Assembly: GCA_000388065.2 (NCBI GenBank)
Contig: KB932204.1
Length of the DNA: 64,000 nucleotides
Origin: Fonticula alba ATCC 38817
Lineage: Eukaryota > Protista > Nucleariida
Reading direction: 5' to 3' (one strand)
Shown here: in pieces, positions 48,336-60,449 of the stretch
Layout of the letters: each line of letters starts with the position of its first letter
How positions within the stretch are numbered: position 1 is the stretch's first letter
Notes under the pieces: model-generated
What the model was told of the DNA's origin: nothing
The model's input: only the letters and a program-made list of their open reading frames with translations
Databases searched by the model: none
Program-made: the position numbers and the translations under genes

Positions 48336-48384
48336 TCTCTTTTGGTTGTCGTCGGCAAATGTGACACGGGGTGCAAAAAAGTAA

Positions 48385-48457
48385 TTCCCATACCGGGACT
48401 CGAACCCGGGTCTCGTGGGTGAGAGCCACGTATCCTAACCACCTAGACTATATGGGA
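48385..48457 (-). tRNA. tRNA-Glu(CTC)
   Basis: TCCCATATAGTCTAGGTGGTTAGGATACGTGG-CTCTCAC-CCACGAGACCCGGGTTCGAGTCCCGGTATGGGAA, with a T6 terminator (plus-strand A run 48375-48380). Confidence 0.97.
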
Positions 48458-48590
48458 GTCTTCGAAGGTGACCCACCGTATGTCCGTCATGTTTTTGTCG
48501 GTTGGCGGCCTTGTGCAGCGTGCCGCCCCTCGGCCGGGTGGCAGGGGCAAAATATCATATTTCCCTGTGGCCGGGAGGCTCGATGTATTC

Positions 48591-48663
48591 GGGGGCGTAG
48601 CTCAAATGGTAGAGCGGCCGCTTAGCATGCGGCAGGCAGGGGGATCGATACCCTCCGCCTCCA
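48591..48663 (+). tRNA. tRNA-Ala(AGC)
   Basis: GGGGGCGTAGCTCAAATGGTAGAGCGGCCGC-TTAGCAT-GCGGC..GGATCGATACCCTCCGCCTCCA. It has the G3:U70 identity pair and the A54-type T-loop of eukaryotic tRNA-Ala. Confidence 0.97.
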
Positions 48664-51600
48664 TGTACCTCTTTTGTTGGCCGCGACGACGGGCTTTATT
48701 TCGACTCCTGCCGTGCCGGGGGAGCGGGGGGGCGGGCCCGGGCCGGCGCACGGTGCAGGGGAGGGAGGAGCTGGACCGATCTCCTCCAGAGTCAGTGGGC
48801 CGGGCGCACGCGGTGTGTCTTTTTGCGTGGCTGAGCACGGCATCCCCCGCCGAGGGAGATGGCACTCGAGCACTCCACTTGCCAGCGTGTGCGGGCGTGC
48901 GGCTCGGCCCCCTCCCCCCCCCGATAGGGTGGCCAGTTATGGCCCGAGTGGCGCAGTCCCAGGGGCGGCGTCGAGCCCTCATTCTCGCCGACCGGCACCT
49001 GCCCCTGGCCGGGCTCGAGCACGTCCTCCTGTGGCCGCTGGTCGGGCACCACCGCACTCGCTCTTCCGATGCCCGGCCACGGCACCGGCCGACCGAGACT
49101 GGCCCGACCACGCCGGAGGCACGGTACCCGGTGAAACGTGCCGCCCCACCGAGCACGACAGACTGGGACATGTGGGAGTGCACGGGCATCATGTCGTCCG
49201 GAGACTATTCTCGTGCTCATCATCCCGGAACACAGCCGAGAAGGGAGGCACAGCACGAGGCACCCGAAGGAATGGGCATGACCCGTCGACAATTGGCCGA
49301 CCGACACCCCCCCACACACAAGCCAACCCAGACCCAGGGCGATGTCCCAGTGGTGGCTGACAGTGGTCGATCGATCTATTTCGGTGCATTGTCCATGTGG
49401 GGGTGTGGGTGCAGCGACCCAGGAACACCGGCACGTTGCCGCCCGCTGTGGCATGCCCGATCTTTTGATGCTGCTCTCATTGGGACTGCCCTCGTTCAGC
49501 TGGGGGGGAAAAAAAAACACACCCACACGCACATCGAATGCATCCTGCCTGCCGGGCATTCCCCGGAGACGCCTCGCCGCCGGAAGGTCTGTCGCGGTGA
49601 GGCCGAGTGATTTTGCCCCTCCCCCCCCCTGGGCACCGTTCAAGCTCACACCCGCCGCCCCGATCCCCGACGAGCGCCCGCTGACCATGATGGCCGGATC
49701 ACGACGACTCGAGAGGAATCATGTGGACGACATAGTTGGGACCCATTCGTCGGGAGCAGATCGCGTTGCGCCCACGATCCCTCGCTGGCCGGCTGCCCGT
49801 GTCTAGCCCGGGCGCTCTCGCGCCCTGTGTGTCTCTCCCGCGCCATCTCGGGGCGGGGGATTCGCAATGTGAAAAGACCTCTTTCTCTCTCTCTCTCGTC
49901 CGGCTCCGCCGTCCAGTCCGCATGGGGGGGGGTGGGGGTAAAAACAGAAAAACAACCGCGGTCGACCGGGGGGGGGGGGGGGGGGGCGAGCGGCACCTCC
50001 CCCCGGCGATGGTGCCTGTGGTGTGCTCGGGGCCGGATTGTCCGGCATCTCCCCGGACAACCGGGTCCCAAGCTTGTCGCCCTGCTGGGTGGCAATTAGT
50101 TCCTCTGCCTGGCTGGTCTCCCGAGGCCTGCGCAACTTCCCCGGCGGAGGTTGGCGTGGGCGCCTTTTCCCGGTTTGCCTGTGATGCAGTGCGGCGCAGT
50201 GTGGCCGGCGCCGGCGCGGGACCGCGTGGAGGGGCTGAGGAAAGGCGAACATGCGTCCCGGCGCATGGGCCTGATTGTGATGAACTTCGTCTGGTTCTCA
50301 TCTCGCTGCTAGCAACGTGCGTCGGGCCTGGGCGTCGGCCGGCCTCCCATCCCGGGGACCATGCGTGCTTGAGGGTAAGTTGGTGGGGATCTGCATTGGC
50401 ATTTTTCCATCCTCCCCGCTTCGGCGCCCGGGCCGTGAAACGAACCCCCCGAGCGCGACCACGCCGCGAGGAGCCGCCTCCCCAGGCTCGATATTGTGCT
50501 CAAAACAGTGCCGGCCTGTCTTCGGGCGGCCGCATGTGGCGGACCACTTCGGCCACGGCAGCCGCCTTCAAGGCCCGACATGCTCGGCCCCAGCCTGGCA
50601 GGGCATGTCGCCGGTGGGGTTTTTTTTCTTTCCGGGCCCACCCCCCCGATGGCCGAGGCCCAAAAAAAAAAAAAAATCCCCCACCATCCATGTATTTGCT
50701 TCCTGGTGCCCGCGCGCAGGGTCATCGGGCCCCGGGGAGCTGCACGCCTGCTGACCTGCAGCCTCGGGCCCGGGTCTTGGAGAGGGAGGGGTCGCAAGCT
50801 CGGGTCCGCCTGGCGCAAGGACTCTCCGAGGGTCCGGCGCTTTTGGCCCTTGGCCGGGATGGGGCGTGCCCATTGGTCGGGCGGCGGGGGTCGCCGCGGG
50901 CGAGGCCCGACACTTGCCGACGTCCGGAGCGTGGGGCGGCCCCCCGGCCATTCCGAAAGGGCACGGGCAGGCGGCTGCGTCCGGCCGCCCAGGGAGGGGA
51001 CATCCCGACCCCGACACCCGCATGGGAAAGACGACGGCGGAAATCGGCTGAGCGACTGGCGCGATCTTCCCCGGGCGCCTGTTGCTGCCCTGGTGGCGAT
51101 CCCGACTCGTTGAATGGTGTCGCTGGCAGTGGCGGCCCTCTTCGCGAAGAGGCCGCCCTTCCCTGCCGCCTCCCGGTGTACGCCTTTGCCGCCCGTGGCC
51201 GGGGGGCGTCCCTCAGGGTGGGAAATGACATGCTCGCGAGCGAGGCGAGCACGCCCTCCTGGCCCGCAGGCCCAAAGGGTTGCCATGGGGCATCTGGCCC
51301 TCTCGTAACGGTCCTGCCCGGACCACAGCCGCCAGGAACTCGTCCCTCGGGCGGCGGGCACGGGTTGGGACAGTGTGTGTGTGTGTGCGGGTGAGACTGT
51401 CCCATCCTTTCCCGGACGGGGTCCATGTCGTGTGTCCCCTCCTCCTTCCCCCCCTGTGAGGGGAGGGCTTGAGCGGTGTTGGCCTCCACGCCGCCGCTTG
51501 TCCTGGTGCTATATCGCTCCTGCAGCCTGCGGCTCGAAGATCCTGACCTCGGATCTGGCCAATGGTCTGCCAAACGAGACATCCAGCTGAAGGATCTCCC

Positions 51601-52222
51601 GCCAGTGGGTCACATCGCGTGACAGTCTCGCGCTTCGCGTCTGCTTGTCGAAACACCCCCTCGGCCTTGCCCCCTCTCGCTGCTTGAGGGTCTTTGATGG
51701 TTACCTCGCCCCTCGAAGTCTCAGTGTGGCTCCATGTGTGTGTGTGTGTGTGTACCCGTGTACGACGGGCGCCTGAGCCCTCCCTTGCTCCAGGGAATGG
51801 TTCCTCTTTTGCTTCCCAGGGGCAGTAGTCTTGGGCCGCGAGCCGGGGAGCGTGCTCCCGGTGGCCCCGCCAGAGGGGAGGAGGCGCTTCGAGCCGGTGT
51901 GGGAGGCGCGCAACGCCCAAGTCTGCCAGGAGGGCCATCCCTGTTCGGTCTCATGCAAGATGCTGGCGATCCGCTTGAAAGGACCACAAGGTGTGGCCGG
52001 GCCTGGTCCAGTCCATCACCTCTGCCCCCCCCCCCCGCCCCGGCGCCTCCCTCGTCTGTCCTTCTGAGCGTCTTTTTTGTCTCGCCCCAGCCGTCCGGCC
52101 CTCTTTCGCTGGCTCTTCCATAGACACACACACACACACACCGGCCGCCCCCTCCGACGGAGACCACCGGCCGACGCCCTGAACGCTGGTGCTGCCCCAG
52201 AAAGCCGACGGCCGGTGCCAGG

Positions 52223-55200
52223 ATGTTGTCGGTGCTGCCGGTGCTGCTACTTCTGTCGGCCCTGGGCGGCTTGCTTCCAAGGGCCGCCGCGCAAGAGCGG
52301 GTCTTCCTCCACCAAGCCCCCTACTCCGTCCATGATGCGAGCCTGGAAAGTGTCTTCTACACCCCGCTGGATGCCCCCTCGATGACCGGAGTCCGGACAA
52401 CTGAGCTCCGGTGGGACTTTTACAAGCAGGGCAGCTCCTCGGCCTGGGAGGCCGACAACCGATGGGGAAGACTGTTTTCCCTGGCCTCGGTCTCGCACTC
52501 GGCATACTGTCCCCGCCTGGCGGCAAGCTGCAATACCCCGGTCCTGGTTATCCCCTCGGAAACGCAATTCCCCGTCCTCATCCAGCACACCCAAACGTGG
52601 GCTGCCTTCTTCCAATCGAGCTCGGTCAGCAATTTCCCCAGCCCCCCGGCCGAAGTCCTGGCGGCAATCGGGATTGCAACGAAAAAGGCCTTCATCCTGG
52701 GTGCTCGTGTGCAGGCTGGCGGTGTACGCACGGTCTTCCTGTCGCGCTTGGAAGACACCAGCCTCAGCAGCATCCCGCTGAGCAATGCGCCCGCGCCGAC
52801 GAGCGAGCCGGTGCTCGGGGTTCCGGGCCCGGGAAGGGTGTTCTATCTGCTCTGGGCCCAGCAGGCATATCGCGTGCTTGTGACATCCGACTCCAGTGCC
52901 AGCATTTCGTCGGCCTCCCCGGTCGGGGCCTTTGTCCAGGCATTTGCCACCCGGCTGGTGACGTCGGCCAGCGACTGCCCGGATGCCGCGGACCTGGTGG
53001 TCATCGACCCGAACGGCGGGATTCGGATGATGCCCTGTCACGGGGGCTCGGCACCGGCGGCCGCCACACTCGCCACTGACATTCCCCCGGGCACGCCTTT
53101 GGAGGGGCGCTTTCTCATGCCGCTGGCCACCACCACCGGAGACTTGGTGCCCTACTTCTACTATGCCGCCCCCGCCGGGGGGGCCCTCTGGCGGGTGGAT
53201 GTCCACCCGGTGGCCGGGGCAACCTGGCGCCCGGTGACCTTGCCTCCTGGCGTCCCCGGCACCCAGGGCATGGAGATGATCCGTCTCCGCAGCGGGGTCC
53301 TACCCTCGGGGCAATGGGCCCTGGTGGATGCCGACCGCCAGGCTCTCTTTGATTCCGAGACCTTTGGCTGCCACAGTGATCCCAGCATCATGTGCGACAG
53401 CCCGACCGGGACCTCGGCCTCGACGCGTGCCTGGCGCTGTGCCGACGACCGCGCCGAGTCGCCGGCCGTATCGCCGGATCAGATGTGCGCCGGCTGCCCG
53501 GCCGGCTGGTACCTGGACCGGCCGTCCGGTATGTACCCCTCGAGGGATCCGCCCGGAAGCATGCCCCCGCATCCTGCTTGCCTTTCTTCGCGACTGACCA
53601 CCGGCCGCCGTGCCTCGGACATCCCCCTGCCCGGTGAAAAAAAAAACACCCCCCTCCCCATGCCTCGGCGCGCTCCTGGGGCCGATAGGCGAGGCGCCCT
53701 TCGCCAGTCCGGGCCACACTTGTCGGAAGTGCCTGGCCGCCAACTGCCTCACATGCAATGCCCTCCACTGCCTGGTTTGCCAAAGTGGCTACATGCCGCA
53801 GCCGGACCCCATCAGCGACCGGGTCATCTGCGTGACAGCCTGCTCGCCAGGCTACCAGGCTGTGGCTGGCGTGTGCCAGCCCCAGGAGAAGCCCCTGCCG
53901 ACCATGGCTCTGGCCCAGCCGCAGCCGGAGCTGGTGGCCGGTTTGCCGACCGGAGCCCAAGTGACGGCCATCGGCGAGACGAGCCTGTCGCTCGATTCGG
54001 CCGGGGCCCCGATCGCCCCGTCGGCCGGGGCCCCCCCGGGGCATGCGGCCAACCTGCTGGTGTTTGTCCGCGCCAATGCCACCCGCCGGGTGTACCTCAT
54101 GCCCAAGAGCCACATTGGCCAGTCCAACAACCCGCCCCTGCTGGAGGTGGCGCCCCTTCCCTGGACCCTGACCAAGCAGGTTGTCTCGTTCATGGAAATG
54201 GGCCCCTTTGTCGGCAGCTCGAAGGTGACTTTCGGGCATGTCTTCTGCTTCGGAGACGGGACTGCCGGCATCTTTTGGACCTCCTGCCCGGGGAGTCCTC
54301 CGACGGGGCCGTGCACGGCCCCCACGCAGATGCCCAACTTCCGCGAGGGCTGCCGGCGCCTCTGGAGCTTGGGCCCGAGGCGGATCGCCCGCGAGCTGGA
54401 CGACCAAGCCATTGACATCTATACGGCCGATCTGACGGGCGACGAAATCAACACGATCCACATCGCCGGGCTGGCCCATGTGGTCCATTTGGCGGATCCC
54501 CCGGCCGGCGGGCCCCCGGCGGCTCGGTCGCACCTGGACACCTGGCTCCTGGCGTCCGGCCATGCCTGGCCGGCCACCGCACTGCCGGTGGGCTATCTGA
54601 CGGATGCCGCCCTGAGCAAGCCCCTGCACGGGCGGCTCCTGGCCGGGATGCCGAACGAGAGGGAGCTCCTGCCGATCATGATGCCGCTGTTTCCCGACGC
54701 ACCGGGCACGGTGCCGGAATTGGTGCTCATCCACTGGCCGAATGACATCTGGACGGTCCGGCGCGTGCCGGGGGATGTGGTCCCCTCCGGCCGGTCGGTG
54801 GGGCTGGCCCCGGCCGAGCAGGCCCTCGGGCAGCTCCCCGCGTCGCTGGGCTCCGTGTCGGAATCCGCCGGCCGCGTGCGCTTCCAGGCATTGGACCTTT
54901 CGGCGGCCATGGGCTGGGAATATCCCAGCGCACTGCTGCTCCTGGCGAGGGAGTTCCTCGGCGTGGCGCTCTTCCGGTGCTCGGCACCCACCGGCCCATG
55001 TGCCTTCCTGCCGGCGCACTTCACGTCCCTGCCGGCCCCCCTGCCAGGCAGCACGGGCCTGTGGCTGGCGGCCGTGAATTACATCCCGCCCGGACTTGCC
55101 GGCGGGGCCACACTCCGGCCCCCCTCCGGTCGGCGGGAGTATGCTGTCCAGCAGAATGCACCCGCATCCCTGGATGTGCTGCTGTTTGCCGAGGATGTCG

Positions 55201-58200
55201 GCCTGACGCGCGCCGCCCTCGCGGTCGAGTGCCCGGCCGGGACCTTCCCCCCGGCATGCGATCCGTGTGATGGGCTTTGCCGGGAGTGCTCCGGGCCCGG
55301 CCGTGGCAATTGCACCGCATGTCGCACTTGGCTGGCCAGCCAGCCGGGGGTCTGCCTGGACGACTGCCCGGAGGGCCTGAAGTCGAGCCCCACCGGCGAG
55401 TGCACCTGCCAGGATGCCTGTCTGGAGTGCGGCCTGGCCGGCCAAACGGCCGGGCCATTTGTCTGCACGAAGTGCATGCCGCAGATGGCCTTGGTCGAGG
55501 GGTCGAACGGGCTGAAGGCCTGCGAGCCCTGCCACGACACCTGTGCCGAGTGCATGGTCCCGAGGGATTCCGCTGCGTGCGTGGCGTGCAGCACGCCGCG
55601 CTTCCTGCACCAAGGGCTCTGCTTGGAAGCCTGTCCGGGTGGGACGTGGCCGGATGGAGTCGATCGCCAATGCCGAAGCTGCCCGGCCGGTTGTACCGCC
55701 TGCTCCGGGGCCGATGCCTGCTCTGCCTGTGTCCCGCGGTTCTTCCTCGCTGGCTCGATGTGCGCCGAGTGCGATGCTTCCTGCGCGTCGTGCCAAGATG
55801 GCAGCAGCTGCTTGGACTGCCGGCCGGGGATGGTTTTCCTCCGGTCCGATCCCGGCATGGCCTCGCTGTGCGGCACTGCCTGCGCCGTGGGCGAGTATGC
55901 TGGCGCCGACCGGTGCACCCCCTGTGCCGAGGCATGTGCCCTGTGTGCCGGGCCCGGGCCGGCGGCTTGCCAGGTGTGTGCCACCGGGTACCGGTGGGCC
56001 GAGGCGGCGCCGGCCGGCAATCGCCCCGGCACCTGTGTCGAATGCCCGCTCGGCTGTGCTTCCTGCACCCGGGCGGACGTGTGCATGGCCTGCATGGAGC
56101 CCCTGCTGCTGACGAGCGAGGGTACATGCACGAGCACATGCCCGGCTGGCAGCCACTCCAACGGCGAATCGTGCCAGCCATGCGACGTGTCCTGTGTCGA
56201 GTGCGTCGGGCCGGGTGCCGAGCACTGCACCCTCTGCGAGGAGGGGCTGGAATTCCAGGCAGCCAGCGGGCCGGGGGGCTTTTGCGTGTCCCCCTGCCCG
56301 GAGGGCCAGTATCGCGAGGCCGCCGGCGCGGCGTGCGTCCCCTGCCACGAGGCGTGTGCCACGTGCAACGGCCCGACCGACCGGGACTGCTGGCGCTGCA
56401 ACAGCGGCCTGCTGCAGGCCGGCGAGTGTGTGCAGGCATGCGCCAGCACACACGTGGCCGAGGGCAACCAGTGCAAGGCCTGCCACAAATCCTGCCGCTC
56501 CTGCACCGGGGTCCTGTCGACCGACTGCCTGGAGTGCAGTGCCGACATGCTGGCCCTTCTTTCGGGGCCCTCCCAGCGGCTGAGTTGCGTCACCGAATGC
56601 GGCCTGGGCTCCAAGCGGCTGGATGACACCTGTACCCAGTGCGAGGGCGAGTGTGCCGCCTGCCCGGAATCGGTGGACACATGCACCACCTGCAAGCATG
56701 GCTGGAAGCTGTTCCGGGCCGGCTGTGTCGGTACATGTCCGGCCGAGTCCGCCGACCAGGGCAACGTGTGCTCCACTTGCCACGCTTCCTGTGGCACCTG
56801 CTACGGGCCGAACCCGGGGAATTGCACCTCCTGCCCGGGGGCCTTGCCGCTGCTGCACGAAAACCACTGCTACGACAGGTGCCCGGGTGGCACCTTCCAG
56901 GCGGGCCAGGAGTGCCAGCCCTGCGGCGCCAACTGTGCCGCCTGCTCCGGGCCGCAGATCGACGATTGTACCGGCTGCCCGGTGGGCCGGGTGCTGAAGG
57001 ATGGCATGTGCCTCGCGGCCTGCCCGACCGGGTGGTATGACCATGAGTCGGAATGCGCTCGCTGCCTGCCAGCATGCCACACATGCGACCGGGCCGAGGG
57101 ATGCACCGGCTGCCGGCCGGGGGAGGCCTTCCTCGGGCCGAGTGGCCTCTGTGAGCCCGGCTGCCCGGAGGGGTGGCTGGCATGTTCGATGGACGCCCAG
57201 TGCCGGCCCTGCCCCCCGGGCTGTGCCACATGTGCCTCGGCGAAGGCCGACTGCGCGGCCGAGTGCCAGTCCTGCGAGCAGGGGCTCTTCCTGTCGGCCG
57301 GTCGGTGCTTGGAGGCCTGCCCGCCGGGGGAGTTCCTCCACCCGGAGGCCAATGCCTGCCAGGCGTGCACCGGCAAGTGCAAGACCTGCCACGGGGCGGC
57401 CGACATGTGCACCAGCTGCTCCGAGGGGTATTTGTCGGTCGAGACGGGCATCTGCCTCTCCCAGTGCCCGGGTGTGGGCTATGCCATGCTGGCCGGGCCG
57501 GACCCCGTGTGCCTGGCATGCCCGGATGGCTGCGAGCGGTGCACCGCCGACGAGTCGGACCCGGGGTCGGGCTGCACGATCGACCCGCACGGCTCGATCC
57601 ACTGTCCGAGGGTGAAAACGTGCGACATCTGCCACTCGGGGCGCTTGCTTCTCCGGTCCTCGGAGTGTGTGCCCAAGTGCCCGGAGGCGGGCTACTTCCC
57701 GGACCACGAGGCACCTCGGCCCATGTGTGTGCCCTGCCATGCCCAGTGCTCCGGGTCCTGCTCGGGCCCGGGCGCCGATGGATGCACGGCCAGCCCGGGC
57801 ATGCGCCGGAAGCTTGGTACGTCCGACTGCCCGAACATGCGGCCCGATTGCCTGCTAACTCGGTTCCGGTCCCTCCGGCTGGCGCGCGCCCATTCGACTG
57901 CTCGGATTCTATGTATCAAGCGATCGGCCTGGGCATCGGGCTTGGGGTTTTGCTCTTGCTCATCCTTTTGGCGGCCCTGCTCTTGCTGCTACTCCGGCTG
58001 CGGCGAGCCCGCCGGCCGTATGCCAAGCATGACGTGCGCCATTCATGGACCGCGAACAGGGCCGGCGGCTTGAGGGGGGGGGGGGGGGCGCGGGTATATG
58101 GAGTGCATGTTGGTCGATCGACCGTCTGCTTTTCTCCCGCGCTAACGCGTCTTGCCCCCGGGGGTGCATATTTCCACTGTGAGGCAGGATTATGATGAGG

Positions 58201-59867
58201 GTGCGCGCGCGCGGCAGCCATGCTTGGCGGAGCAGCTGACGCCTTCGGCGTCTGGCTGCCTGCCTTTCCCGCCCCGAAGTGCCTTGTCACTTGCTGCAAG
58301 TGGATGCTCCGCTAACCGCTCGCCCACCTTTCCCGCATGGCCAGATGGCACGGTGCTCAACACCATCGTGGAGCTCTCGCTGCCGGGGGTGATTTTGGTC
58401 CATCTCGAGGCCGACTTTCTGCCCCTCCCCGATGGGAACCTGGGAGTCGGCGGCCAGGCGCGGGTCTTTGCCGCACGAGCCATCGGGGCCGGGATCTCCG
58501 AGCGCCTTGGCTGCCCGGACACCGTGGCCATCAAGATCCTGAAGGGTGCGATGCGGTGGAGTGTGGGGGCGCAGGGGGGCCGATTGCCTTTCCCTTTGCA
58601 TCTCATTCGCAGCCACCATCCTCATGCTGACCGAATCCACGCCACCCGCCGGCCATATGCCACCGATGCCTGATCGCCAGCCGACAAGATGACGCCGGTT
58701 ATGAGGGCCCTTTTCCAGAGCGAAGTGGCTCTGATGTGGTGCGTCTTCCGGCGGAGCTCCTGCGCGGTGTCGGTCCTGGTCGCGGTCTTTTGCTCATGTC
58801 TGTCTGGTGGGGGGGGGGGTTGGGAACTCCCCTTTCGGGGAAGTGCTGTGCTCTTCTTTTCGGGCCCGACGGCCGGGCCGGCGCCCTTGGCTGACGGATG
58901 GCGCGGGTGCCCAGGCTTTTCCGTGATTGCCCGAACATCGTCCAATTGTATGGCTATTCGGAGGAGCCGCCGGCTCTGGTGATGGAACGCTTCGACACGG
59001 ATCTGGCGACCATTCTCCATTCGGACTTGGAGCTGTCCCAGGAGACGGTGCTGCATTTGATCGAGCAATGGGGTACGCCCGGTCCCGGGGTGGGCCTTTC
59101 GCAAGGGGCTGTCTCGCACCCAGCGCTCTGACCCCCTCGCCATTGGTGTTTGTTTGCGCGTGTGCGCGTGCGCGTGTGTGTATCGGCGGTGCGGCGGCGG
59201 CCACCACACAGCATCCGGCCTGGAGATCATGCATGCGCAGGGGGTCGCCCATCGTGACCTCAAGCCGGGCAATGTCTTTGTCAAACAGGCCCCCGGCGGC
59301 GGATGGTATGCGGCGCTCGGGGACCTGGGCACCAGTCAAAGTCTCAGCCAGGACCGTTCGTCGGTGCTGGTCAACCAGGCGCCCGAGCTGAATGCCCTGA
59401 CCGTGCGCTATGCCGCGCCGGAGGTCATGCTGGCCTTCGAGGGGTCGCGTGCCATCGAGAAGGAATACCTGCTGCCGGCCGACATCTACAGTGCGGCGAT
59501 CATGCTCTGGGAGTGCCTCACGCGCAGCGTCCCCTGGAAAGGTGCGCCCACACGAATGCTCCCTGGTGGGGGGCGGTGGCAGCGCCTGTTGGCGGAACAG
59601 CCCGCAGACTGGTGTCTCTGACACATGTGTGCATGTTTGGTGGTGATGGTGCATGATCGTCCTCGGCCCGGGCCATGGCATTTAGGCTGTCCCTTCAAGC
59701 AGATTGCCTTGAACCTCCGGGTGGGAGATCGGCCCGCGGTGGATTTCTCCGGGCCCCTTGCCGATTTGGTCACCATGGCATGGGACACAAATCCCCACGC
59801 CCGGCCACTGGGATCCTCCTTCCGGCAGAAGGTGTCCATGGAGCTGTCGCTGCGTGCACACCTCTAG
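52223..59867 (+). CDS. Receptor-like TKL-group protein kinase with furin-like Cys-rich repeats; 9 exons (52223-53528, 53689-57816, 57921-58033, 58188-58200, 58345-58545, 58681-58738, 58915-59072, 59212-59541, 59686-59867), ~2162 aa
   Basis: Signal peptide MLSVLPVLLLLSALGGLL; ~20 CxxCxxxCxxC-type repeats; TM IGLGIGLGVLLLLILLAALLLLLL followed by RLRR. Kinase motifs are LGVGGQARV, VAIK, SEVALM, HRDLKPGN, DLG, YAAPE and DIYS. Exons sum to 6489 nt, in frame. Confidence 0.92.
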
Positions 59868-60449
59868 AGTCGCATGGCCGGGACAAGGTGCGGAGCTGTG
59901 CCTCTGTGTGTGTGGGTGTGTGCGCGCGCGCGCGCGCGCGTACGTATGTGCGAGCATCTCGAAGGGGGGACCCTTCGCCGGTGCGGGCGAGGTCCAGCAC
60001 AACAACAGGTGTCCCGCATGTCGCCCGATTCGCGCCCCCCCCCCCCCCCCTTGTCTGCCCTTGGGGCCATGCGGCCCTGGCTCTGGGGGGGCGGGAAATA
60101 CACTAGACTCTGATACTCTCCGCAAGTGACGCCGGCACGCCGGTCGGACGCCGAGAGGGGTGGCCCGACCCGCCTCGGGGCTGAGCAGGAGCCGCGTCGG
60201 CACTGCACCCGCGCCACCGCCCGGCCCCGGCTCCGCCCCTCCCCCGGAGCCAAGCGAGCAATCCTCCCACGCCCCGAGGCCCGGGGCACCGCATGCCTGG
60301 CAGGCAGCGGCAGATCTGGCGATGGGCAAAGAAAAAAAAGCTGGGCAGAATGCGCCCTGGAGCAGGTGGAGGATATGGCCCCCCCCCCCCCCCGCCCCCC
60401 GATCCGGACGGCCGGTCTCTTTTTCATGGGACCATGCCCAAAAGGAAAA

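Noticed and set aside
50268-50400. GTGATGA box-C motif suggesting a C/D snoRNA
   Set aside because: No CTGA box D at a suitable distance and no terminal stem.
48700-52200. ORFs up to 552 aa between tRNA-Ala and the kinase
   Set aside because: Low-complexity translations with no motifs or coding-type codon bias; treated as intergenic.
53388-57740. 1450-aa antisense ORF over the receptor kinase (likewise 7928-9934 over MSH2 and 23089-25332 over the RasGEF)
   Set aside because: Each is exactly codon-aligned with the sense frame. GC3-biased genes avoid TTA/CTA/TCA, so the mirror frame lacks stops, and the translations have no motifs.
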